From Chrysomallon squamiferum (taxonomy: Eukaryota > Animalia > Mollusca), in NCBI GenBank assembly GCA_012295275.1, contig CM022677.1:8184001-8248000 (forward strand): 64,000 nt of DNA. Reading direction: 5' to 3'. The notes below the pieces were generated by a model that made no database searches, had not been told where the DNA came from, and saw only the letters and a program-made list of their open reading frames with translations. This document shows, one piece after another, positions 12,800-25,291 of the stretch. The stretch's first letter is position 1, and each line of letters starts with the position of its first letter. Made by a program: the position numbers and the translations under genes.

Positions 12800-13725
12800 T
12801 TTGTTGTTCTTGTTATTTCGTTAGTGTAAGATATTATAAAATAAAACAGTAATCTAGGTCATTTTCATAATAACATTTTTGTACAAAATTGTTTAGTGTT
12901 AGAGTGGAGGTTGTTGCTCAGTGGTCAGAGAAAAGCAGTGTCTGGCGATGTGTTGTCGCATTTATCTTTCTCGATTACTTTATCAGTGAATTAAGCCATT
13001 TAACTGCAGATTAAAAATGTGTTGAGTTCACGTTAATAAAATAATGTTCAGCAGCAATCAGAAATTCATTCGTTTACTATGAAATGTTTCGTTCTTATTA
13101 CACTGACTACATTACTTCTGTGAATGTCACGTTTCTTTCATTGTCTACATTCGAGTTTTAACATGAAAATGAGTGAGCTTGGTTACGTAGCATAGGCCGA
13201 AATAGTGGTGTGCGAAATTACCTTGCAGCATTCCTTGACACGTCACAAATGTTTATTTATTTATTTATTTCATGCTTTGTTTCATATAACGTATTAAAGT
13301 GGAACTGTCGTTTTCCTTCTCAAACTGACGTTAAATTTAGCAAGCTTGTAATTCACTTTAATAGTTCTTTTATTTTCTTACAAAGAAAATAAAATTAATA
13401 AATGAATCAATAAATGAGTACTTTAAATAGCATATTTATAATTTTATAATTAAATTCGCACGTTTATTTATTTATTTTATCCTTTCATTTATTTATTTAT
13501 TTATATATTCCGTTGGCCCTTTGAAGTAAACGGAATTGATATTTTATTTTTATTTTGTGTGTGAATGTTTTCTTTACTTTTGTTTGTTTGTTGTTTTGAT
13601 TCAAAAATCTTTTAATTTTGACCTCCAGTCAGTTCTTTTCAACTGCTATTCTTGTCTCTTATTGCTATTTATTCATTTATTTATTTATTTAATTATTTAT
13701 TTATTTATTTATGATGATGATGATG

Positions 13726-13761
<36 letters not shown>

Positions 13762-14715
13762 TTGTTTATTTATTTATTTATTTTTTTGTTATAATATTTA
13801 ATCATATCAAAATATACTTTTTTATATAAAAATGCATTTGTTTTATTTTCTAAAATCTTCAGAATATGAAATATGTATTATAATTTTCTTCCAGTGTAAA
13901 TACATACATTTAACTCTCTCTCTGTGAAAATGTAAAATTATACAATTTAGAATTTTCTGAAAATGAATGTGTGAATAAAATGCCTTCTGTAAACTGTGAA
14001 TATGAAAGAAAATTACTCAGTATTTTTTACTGAAAAGTACGCAGCAAACTAATAGAAACACGTTCCATGTATCAGTTCATGTCTTTTGTTTATTGAGACT
14101 ACTGAATCAAGATTAATAAAGCGTAATTTTTATATTACTGACTGTCACGCGGATTTCTCTAAGTTGTAAATGTGTATCTGTCTCGGGCAGATAATAACGA
14201 GAACGTTACGACGGCAACGACGGCGGCATTAGCACAGATAATAATAATATATTTTAGTATAAATAGGACATGAAAAGAAAGCAACAATATTAACGAATAA
14301 AAAACCAAAAGGAAGAATGAAGTGTACTGGAATAACGTTAGGAACAACGCCGGTACAACGGCAACGACGGCGACATTAACATACACACACACACATATTT
14401 AAAATTTATATGTGATGTGATTTCAAATCATTAAATTTATTATTTAAAATTTTGTTGCTGTTTTATTGTGTCATAGCTTTTTAAACTTATTTATTTTTCT
14501 GTTTTTGTTATTGTCAGTGTTACTTTTTCTTTATCTATATTATTGTTGTTGTTGTTGTTGTTTGTTGTTGGCGGTGTTGTTGGGTACTCAAAAGTAATTT
14601 TAACTACAGTTAACTATAAGTTTAAATCTTTTTATCCTGATTTCAGAAACATAATATTTAAAATTGTGAGTCAAATTGTTCGAAAGTTATGGATTTTTTA
14701 AAATAAAACAAAAAT

Positions 14716-14763
<48 letters not shown>

Positions 14764-16675
14764 TTATTAACAAAATAAATTAGTCTGAGTTTGACCAACT
14801 ACTTGGAGCGAGTTGTTACACTGTTAACAATTACTAATTGTTAGTAACTTTCCCCACCTTACAAACGTTATACAGTGTTACACAGCGTTATACAGCGTTA
14901 TACAGTGTTATACAGTGTTATACAGTGTTCCTTACTGTTTATTCGATACCGAATTTCACCAACAACAGTACGTTGTTTTTTATAACAAATAATTATTCAG
15001 CTATTTCTAATATAGCAGAAATTAAACCGTTAGTTAACAGAGTCAATTCAGAAATTCGACCAACTCATTTGTCATTATTATTACTATGACCGTTGCTGTT
15101 GTTGTTACGAGAGGCTGAGAAATACAGTTAAGGTTATAACCGTCTCATTGTTTTAAAGTGTGTATACAACAACAGCAACAATAAAATTATTTGTACTTGC
15201 AAGTTATCTATATTATTGTTGTTGTTGTTGTTGTTTGTTGTTGGCGGTGTTGTTAGGTACTGAAAAGTAATTTTAATTTTAGGAAATAAAGGTTGACTAC
15301 AGTTAACTATAACTGTAGATCTTTTTATCCTGATTTCAGAAACATTATTTTTTATATATATTTTTTTTCGGATATATATTATTTCATTATGAATTAAGAA
15401 TTCATTACAAACAGTAGAATGATCAAATTAATTTATTAATTAATTAAAGATTTAAAAAAAAAAAAAAAAAAAAAAAAAGCGACCCCCAGAAAAAAGGATG
15501 TCAATATTACATGTGTCCGATTGGTCCTGTGGTGTAACACTGTCTATATTACATGTAACAGACTGGTCACATGATGTATCGTTATCCATGTTACATAACA
15601 GACTGGCTTGTAACAAACAAGAAGAAGGAAAAGATCAAGTTCAGAAAACAGTGACAAAAAAATGAAACAACTGGAGTGTGTACTTGATCGTCTGAAGAAC
15701 GTTATCTCTTGTTGAAGGAATGATTATACTGGAATTAATGATGGAAGTGAAATGAGTAAAGATGAATTCATTGACTGACCTGGCTCGAGAACATATTTTT
15801 ATATAAACAAAGGGCCATAACTCTGAAAAGCTTATATTATGGCTAAAAATAGTTGAGATTCAGTATTAACTAATGGAAATTTCAGTTCCTGACACAAATG
15901 AAGTCCAGTTTTAAATTTTTTTACTGCTTATAGAAATGTTAAATGCATTATAAAACATTTTGAAAGTTAAACATTGTCAGAGAAAAAAAAAATAGTTTAG
16001 TAAATCTTTGACTGTGGGTTAAAGTTACGTGATTTAGTTATACATACATCTAATGTTTGTTTTACTTTAGTTTATTTGGAAACATTGTTAAGTGATAGGA
16101 AATGACTTGGTTAGATTTATTTCAAAACATCTTAATTTTATAACACTGTTACGAGTAAGGTTTATGCCCAGGGTTAGCTTAAATAGCTGAAAACGCTACA
16201 AAATCTGGAAAATCATATGAGGAGTTTCAGAAGTATGGTTAGCATTTTGGTTAGGGTTTTGGTTAGGTTTAGGTTAGTCCAACTTTTGTGCAGATTTAAA
16301 TGTCAGTTAACCTGAAGCGTGACTTCATTCAGCACAAACTGACAATTTATAGATTTTTGGTAAAAGTAAATCAGTTCTGAAAGAGAACGTCGTTTATCGA
16401 AAACCTTCGAAACATTTTTTTTTTTTTTTAAATGTTTTATACGTAAATATGTATTTGTTAAATTGGCTTGTCAACTAACATGTTGTCATACAAATCAAGA
16501 TCGTATAACGTAATAATAATAATAATAATAATAATTATTGGTTTTTGATTTATCGGTTTTTTATACTTCCTTTTTTATTTGTTTGGACCTACATACGATC
16601 CTGAAGACTTCGCTGTGTGTTGATTTCTTTTCAAATAATGCTAGCAGTTCTTAATTACATTATTAAACGTACTGC

Positions 16676-16717
<42 letters not shown>

Positions 16718-16848
16718 TGTGACGAAGATATTAAATATTTTCTTTGCTATAACGTTAAACACGGATATCTATGAAACTGTCTCTTCTAATATGCAAAACT
16801 AACACTAGCAATAACAATAACAATAACACTACTACTACTACTACTACG

Positions 16849-16893
<45 letters not shown>

Positions 16894-17837
16894 TGTGACG
16901 AAGATATTAAATATTTTCTTTGCTATAGCGTTAAACACGGATATCTATGAAACTGTTTTATTAGATACATTTCTCTTCTAATATGACGTCAGCAAGGAAA
17001 ACTCGGGTCTGAGGAAGAACAAGCGACAAGCGGTGCTTTGCACAACCCGGCTGTTCCTTTTGATGAACACCGAGGTCACTGGAGATGAACTTTAAACTTT
17101 GACCTTGCTTTGATAAGTGATGAACATTTACCAGCGAGATATAGTAAGATACTTTTCTCACTTTTGGTACGGCCATCATGCTGACTATTTGTTTTATATA
17201 TATATATTTTTTTCTTATTATTATTAAATATGTCTCTAAATTAATAAATTTAAGCTGTTAATCCGTTATTTATCTAGTGGATAATTTACAAATCCCTGTC
17301 AAACAGGTCATAGACGGTGATAACAACAACATAAACAATTGCAATAACACTAACAATAACTCTACTACTACTACTACATATAATAATAATAATAATAATA
17401 ATCATATCGAACACAAAAACTATAGACTTGAATAGTGAACTGGCGGCTTCAGGTCTTTTCGCAAGATTATATAAATAAACCTTTCGAAAATAAAACATGC
17501 AAGGTGATTATATGATTTTAGTCACATAAACACAATTGTAATAAATTAAGAACTGGATAAAATAGTGTATAGTTTACAAAATCTTATCTTCTTTTGTCTG
17601 GATTGTGCTGTTTGTGTAACTCACATTTTGTTAGCAATTGTCATTTGATTTATTCTTCACCGGACGACTAAATTGTGAGGTACTTTCAAACTACTTTTTC
17701 TTTTATTATCAGTTTTTAAATTATACTAAATGAGGAGATTACACCATGTCATTCTCAGTATAAAATTCGAGACCCAGCACTTCAGTGTTATATTAATACA
17801 GATTTATTTGACATGACGAAGTATTTTATCTCTGTGT

Positions 17838-17945
17838 GTCACGCGGTCCTGCTGAATCACGCGGTCAGCTGTTGTCTGCCAGGAGAGAAAACTATTTCTT
17901 ATCAGTGTCAGTAAAATTCATGATTGATAAAACCTCAAACGTCAA
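17838..17945 (+). pseudogene. Short decayed fragment of a TRIM beta-propeller coding region
   Basis: gcggtcctgctgaatcacgcggtcagc resembles gcggtcttgctgaatcacgtgatcagc at ~26038-26064. It is followed by LPGEKTI... where the longer gene has LPFESKI. Frameshifted. Confidence 0.45.
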
Positions 17946-18454
17946 CCGCTTTTTAAGTAATTTATTATGTTGTTGTGTTTTATCTTTATAAGATCCAGTA
18001 TAATCCAGTTCGTCGTTCAGTTTCTGATTAGAATTTTTCCACTGAGTGCGTGTGTCTGTGTGTGTGCGTGTGTCTGTGTGTGTGCGTGTGTATGTGTATG
18101 GTAACGTGTCAGTGTGTGTGTGTATGCGTATTTGTATGTGTTTATTGTGTGTGCTGTGTGTGAACGTGTCAGAGTGTTTGAATGTGAATGTATGTGTGTA
18201 TCTGTGTGTGTTGTGCGTGAATGTACGTGTGTAACTTGAAGCATTCAATAAATAAATAAATAAATAAATACATAAATAAAAATTAAATATATAAAAAACA
18301 TATAATCTAAAAAAAAGTAAAAAAAGAAAGACGGATTCCTTTGTCACTAAAGCAGAAAGTAAAGGCAACCTGTGTTAAAATGTTTCTCTATATTTGTAAA
18401 CTATTAAATAGAACTAACACAATATTCTGTAGATTTAGTGACAAAGCTGTAGAT

Positions 18455-18740
18455 CAGTGATGGGAAAACTGCGGCCCGCGCGGCTTTTTGAGTGGCCCGC
18501 CTAATTTCACAAGGAAAATAACATTAATTCAAATTTTATAAAATTAGTCATTTTGTATCTACTAATATACTAAAACACATGTAATTTTTTTTATTATAAC
18601 ATTTCCTGAAGTAAATGAAAATGAAAAATTTCTTAAAATAAACTCTACGTAAAAACACAAAATCGCCTAAATTAGTAACTGCGGCCCGCCTGAGGATGAG
18701 CCATGTCTCATGTGGCCCGCTTCTCGAAAAATGTTGCCCA
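18455..18740. mobile_element. hAT (Charlie-like) non-autonomous element / MITE, right terminus truncated
   Basis: Left end cagtgatgggaaaactgcggcccgcg and right end tgtggcccgc...atgttgccca, with repeated ggcccgc subterminal motifs. Flanks are gtagat|...|agtagat (partial TSD). Confidence 0.75.
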
Positions 18741-18957
18741 AGTAGATAAACAGAATGCGAGTCAGCTGCACAATAATATTTAATCTTTTAGATTTATTAC
18801 AAAGTTTGTGTTAATGTTAATTTATATTATTTCCTTTTACCTTCTTTCTTTTCTTTCTTATTTTGTTTTTTAATTTTGTTTTTAAATTATTTATTATTAC
18901 ATATTACATGTTATTATAATAATAATAATGATAATAATAATAATAATAATAATAATA

Positions 18958-19026
<69 letters not shown>

Positions 19027-19112
19027 AGTAATTTTATTCGCTATTCAGGATTAAATAACACGTATTTTTGCTATGGTCTTCAGCAGACGTATTGCTATAT
19101 CTTTACTACATG

Positions 19113-19160
<48 letters not shown>

Positions 19161-20039
19161 TTTCTCTATACTGTTTTTTAGATTAACATTTAACAATATA
19201 CTATAACTTTATAAATACTTGAAAGGTCACATTAGAACATCTAAAGAGTGCTTAACTATTGGTTAAGAGGCAGCTCCTCCTTTGTCGCTTAATGACGTAG
19301 TCATAGCAACTCGTTAAATGAGGAGTGCCTGCATTTGCATTCGTCTTTCTTATAAATGTTTGTATTATACCCCCTCTAGTGTGTACCTGAACTAACCTCA
19401 CATTACAAACACTTGAGAATTGCTGTCTGATTCAAACAAACAGAAATGCACATGCTTGCATTAGTCAAATAATAAAATATATAACATTATAATAACATGA
19501 ATTTAATCGTTAGTATGAGTAATTTATTTATTTATTTATTTATTTATTTTAAATAGAATGAAATAAAATTTACATAATAAAGGAAATATATTATTCTTAT
19601 TTTATTACTACTGTGTAACGTGACTAAAATCATATATTCACGTTGTATGTTTCTGTTTCGAAAGGTTTATTTATTTATCTTACGAAAGACCTGAAACCGC
19701 CAGTTCACTATTCAAGTTTAAACAAGATTTAATTTTGGCGGCTAATTGTATTATTTTTCTCCGTGTTTCTACAAAACTGTTGTTATGTGTGATAGAATGT
19801 AACATGCATTTTAAAAAATAATGAAGTACACAAACTATGTTAAGGTAGTTGTTACTGCTGTTTACTTTACCATCAGAATTCAGAGACAGGAACAATAAAT
19901 ATTAGCATGATGCTAGTGATCATCAACATGTGACTTTTATGTAGTGTACAGAATTCGCAGTGCATATCATGCTTAGTTAATAAGAGGCACAGTTATTTTT
20001 TTCGTTGGTTTTTTTTGGGGGGGTTGTTATTTTTTTTTG

Positions 20040-20070
<31 letters not shown>

Positions 20071-20210
20071 CTTACAGACTATTTCTCTAAGGCATTATTA
20101 TCATTATTGTTGTTTTTGTGTCGTTGATGTTACTGTTCGTGATGTTATTGTTATTATTTCTTTATTGTTGTTGTTATTACTATTACTGTTATTATTATTA
20201 TTATTATTAT

Positions 20211-20262
<52 letters not shown>

Positions 20263-21674
20263 GTATGACCCATTGCATAAAATGTTCTATTCACAGATAT
20301 GAAGGATGTTCTTTGACCCCCTCTCTCATTAATACATACAAACAACAAAACTTAGTAACTGATATCCTAAAAACGTGACTAGATACTAAACTGGATAAAA
20401 CACTGGGGATCTGTAAACTCGTCTTTTAAAGCCCAAAGTTACAAATCATATTTCGTCTTTTCTTCTCTATTCACGCTCGAGTAACTTGGAACAAGGGACT
20501 GATTCACAATAATCACAGAGGAGGAGAACAGGGCCGATACTGAGACTTCAGTGTTTTTAGGACGAGGAACAAAACCATATATCTTTGTTTCATTTCGTTG
20601 CCTTTTAACGTAACAACAACAGTAACAACGACTTATATATGTATATATCCTGTTTCATTCATACGTGCAAGTAACGAAAAAATATGTAAAGGAATACATA
20701 GAAATGAAGAAATAAATACAAACATAAACAAAAGGAATACCCGAGATACGGAAACGTGACTACCTCACTAGAGATCTTAGACACGAGTTGTAAATCCTGA
20801 TGTTAGAGTTGGCGTTTTGTCTTTTGTTTACTGTGCACGTTCATGTTAGTTTAAACAAGGGACTGATTCACATAATCAAAGTGGAGGGTGACAGGGCTGG
20901 TACTGAGATTTGTAGAAATTAATGGTGAGAAATAAAATTGAGAAAGATAGTTTGACACACATACACATATACAGAGATCCAACAGCAAAACTGAAAACAT
21001 TATAATGTTAAATGGCTTGACCATTTTTTTAATTAGGAAATAATAAAATAGTCATTAAAATAACTTCACAACACCTTTCTACTATTATCATCCATCTGAA
21101 TGTTAAAGTTTTCGAAAGTTTTCTGACAAAACTAAAATATGACGATTTACATAATTATTTAATTATTTTTATAGCTGTTATTTCTATTACAACAAATATA
21201 ATATAGTTTACTTATTTACTATTTATTTCAATAATACTGCAAATGTTTTTGTTTGTTTATTAATTTATGTATTCATATATTTATTTATAAATGTACTGAC
21301 AAAGTTGTAGAATCAGCTGCACATTATCACCATATTTCATATAATTAATAATTAATAAAGGGAAATCATTTAATTACACTAACAGAAAATACTAATTTTA
21401 CTCAATGAGATTTGTTACACACACACACACAAACACACACACGTATGTCTAGATGTTTCTGTGAGAGAGAGATTAGATTAGTTAATTAATAAAATAATAA
21501 ACTGCATTAAATTTACAAAAGTTACAATTATACTTCTTGATTGCGTAAATTTGATAAAGGTGACATTTAAAAGAATTGTATCATGTCTCTGCATGAACCT
21601 GAGACACACGTAAGAACCTCTCTCTCTCAAAACAAACAGTATGTTTAGATCAGTCAATTAATGAAACACATGCT

Positions 21675-21711
<37 letters not shown>

Positions 21712-21997
21712 ATTATTATTATTATTTTTATTACTAAAAGCATACGTTATCTTTGTGTTCTACGTTTTATTCTATTGATTATTGATATATCTTATAAAAA
21801 GGATCGATACTCGTCTGTATATAACTATATTATTATCTTTCTCTGTTCTCTAACACATTTGTAAAGCTGGCTCACACTGGACGACAAGATAAAAAATTGT
21901 AACAGTTTTATTCACAGCTAAACGAAAGTCTAAGATTTCATTATGTCATTTTGACCTTTACTTTCCTGTCCCGCTCTCATACATGTTATATTTAGGA

Positions 21998-22048
<51 letters not shown>

Positions 22049-22618
22049 TGTGTGTCTATATCTATCTATCTGTCTATCTATATATATATATATATATATA
22101 TACATACACACACATATATATATACACACACACACACACATATATGTACACATATACACACACACATACACACACACACACATACACACATCAAATCAAA
22201 AATTATAATTAAAGGTAACGCCTTTGTAACAAATATGTAAATTAAAATACTCAGAAAACAATTATGTTACATTATACCAACATTGCTGGCATAATATTCA
22301 ATCCCTTATTTGGTAAAACTATTGATAAACGTTACCATCCCGAAATGCTGTAGATAAACAGAGTTGGAAATATGACAGTTTTTGTTATATATATATACAT
22401 ATATATATATTTATTTATTTATGATAATTAAGTGTTAGGCTGGGAAATAAATTACACCACAAAGAATAACATTTACACACTTACATTTATTACACAGTTT
22501 CTGTTTATCTTAATTTACATTATTTCTATTACTTACTTTCTTTTCTTTTTCATTATTTTACGTTATTTTTCAAAATTATTTTTATTTCATTTTATTAGTA
22601 GTAGTAGTTTATTATTAG

Positions 22619-22678
<60 letters not shown>

Positions 22679-23219
22679 GTTGTTATAGTCTGCTACTCTT
22701 TAGACGGGACGAGCCAAATATTAAATATTCAGTCTAGTCACCGTGATACTGTATAAACATATACAAATAATCCACAACTTTATAAATGCTACAAAGGTGA
22801 CATTAAAACAGCATCTAAAGATGGCTACCAATACATTGTACGTAAGGAGTGGCTTCTCGCTTATTGACCAATTCCCTTAATGACGTTGGCATAGGAACTG
22901 AATGAGGAATGCCTATACTTGCATTCTTTTTTCTTGTGAACGTCTGCATTATATCATCTCCTGAATTCAAGTTTAAACAAGAAGTAATTTTGGCGGCTAA
23001 ATGTATTATCTTTCTCCGGCCTTCTACAAACCAGTTGCTGTGTCATTATTACCATATGTGTGATAGACTGTAACACGTATTTTGAAAATTAATGAACTGC
23101 ACTAACTATGTTAAGGTGTTGTTACTTTTACTGCTGTTTACTTTACCACAAGCATTTAAAACTTTCAAGATTATTTTTTTCTCAGAAGAAACAAAAGTGT
23201 TCCAGAAAATTTCAAGGCT

Positions 23220-23361
23220 TCCACCCCTTTATTGAAATTGGTATATTCCACTCACCCAGTGACGTCTGTCAAAACCGACTTGTCCGCCAGCAAACTGACA
23301 TTGCAGACGAATAGAACAGAACTGTTTGCAGGTGTTAAAATTTTCATTTCTTGAGACAAAG
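23220..23361 (+). promoter_or_regulatory. Putative proximal promoter and non-coding exon 1 of the TRIM-like gene
   Basis: Strong donor AAAG|gtaaga at 23362 pairs with acceptor ttcacag at 24732, two bases before the ATG. CRE-like TGACGTCT at 23260 and IRF-like TTTCATTTC at 23342. The transcription start is unknown; this is inference. Confidence 0.5.
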
Positions 23362-23369
23362 GTAAGAAG

Positions 23370-23436
<67 letters not shown>

Positions 23437-23891
23437 TGTTGTTGTTGTTGTTATTGTCGTTAGTGAAAGATATTATAAAATAAAAAGTAATCTAGGTTAT
23501 TTTCATAATAAAATTTCTGTACAAAATTGTTTAGTGTTAGAGTGGAGGGTGTGGCTCAGTGGTCAGAGAAAAGTAGTGTCTGGCGATGTGTTGTCGCATT
23601 TATCTTTCTCGATTACTTTATCAGTGAATGAAGCCATTTAACTGCAGATTAAAAATTTGTTGAGTTCGACGTTAATAAAATAATGTTCAGCAGCAATCAG
23701 AAATTCATTCGTTTACTATGAAATGTTTCGTTGTTATTACACTGACTACATTATTTCTGTGAATGTCACGTTTCTTTCATTGTCTACATTCGAGTTTTAC
23801 CATGAAAATGAGTGAGCTTGGTTACGTAGCATAGGCCGAAATAGTGGTGTGAGAAATTACCTTGCAGCATTCATGGACACGTCACAAATGT

Positions 23892-23930
<39 letters not shown>

Positions 23931-24341
23931 TTTCATGCTTTGTTTCATATAACGTATTACTGTAGAGCTGTCGTTTTACTTCTCAAACTTACGTCACAAG
24001 GTTAAATTTAGCATGTTTGTAATTCACTTTAATAGTTCTTTTATTTTTTTTACAAACAAAATAAATTTAATAAATGAATGAATGAATGAGTAGCTTAAAT
24101 AGCATATTTATAATTTTATAATTAAATTCGCACGTTTATTTATTTATTTTATCCTTTCATTTATTTATTTATTTGTATATTCCGTTGGCCCTTTGAAGTA
24201 AACGGAATTGATACTTTATTTTTATTTTGTGTGTGAATTTTTTCTTTACTTTTGTTTGTTTGTGGCTTTGATTAAAAAATCTTTTAATTTTGACCTCCAC
24301 TGTTATTCTTGTTATCTCTTATTGTTATTTATTTATTTATT

Positions 24342-24398
<57 letters not shown>

Positions 24399-24529
24399 TA
24401 GTTACATTTTTCTCTCTGTATTTTCCTTTTTATCTTCTCTGATTCTTCTATTTTGATGCTGTTGTTATTATTGTTATCAACTGCTATTCTTGTTATCTCT
24501 TACTGTTATTTATTTTTTATTTATTTATT

Positions 24530-24595
<66 letters not shown>

Positions 24596-24734
24596 TAGTT
24601 ACATTTTTCTTTCTCTGTATTTTCCTTTTTATCTTCTCTGATTCTTCTATGTTGTTGCTATTGTTATTATTGTTATTTATTTATTTATTAATTTATTTAT
24701 TTATTATTTATTATTATTATTGTTATTCACAGAT

Positions 24735-25017
24735 ATGGCAACAGCTGCAAACTCTGATGATAATCTTTCGTGCTCCATTTGTAAGGAACTTTTCAAGAAG
24801 CCGCGAATATTATATTGTGGACATTCGTTCTGCACCAAATGCCTGCAGGACTATATAAGTCATAATTACAACAACGACAAACAAATCACCTGCCCGTTCT
24901 GCAGGCAGGATGTCCACATCCCAGACAGCACGAAACAAGTGTATACACGGGCAGATCAATTCCCTATAAACCATTCACTACAGGACGCCACTAATGATCG
25001 GCTACAATCAAAGTTTT
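24735..25017 (+). CDS. TRIM-like E3 ubiquitin ligase, coding exon 1 (C3HC4 RING)
   Basis: cag|atATGG start. MATAANSDDNLSCSICKELFKKPRILYCGHSFCTKCL...ITCPFCR...FPIN is a canonical TRIM RING. Donor T|gtgagt at 25018, phase 1. Confidence 0.92.
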
Positions 25018-25291
25018 GTGAGTCAGCAGTGTTGTGTTTAGATTCGTTACAATAAAATACTAAAAAAAAAGAAAACATTTAGTGATTGTTTAACTAAAGA
25101 TATTAACCATCACAAGCTAAAGAAATAGAGGAAACTTTATTTAATACATTTTTCTACTCAGAGTTTTAAAGTAGTTGAGCAAATAAATTCTAAAACTTCA
25201 CATTGTAGACATATCTTTATTAATAATAGTAGTTCTAGTTAATTAATTAATTGACTTATTGATTATTTATTTATTTATTTATTTACTTCAG

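Noticed and set aside
16961-17179. 72-aa minus-strand ORF in a GC-richer island
   Set aside because: No recognisable domain or convincing exon structure; cannot be supported without a search.
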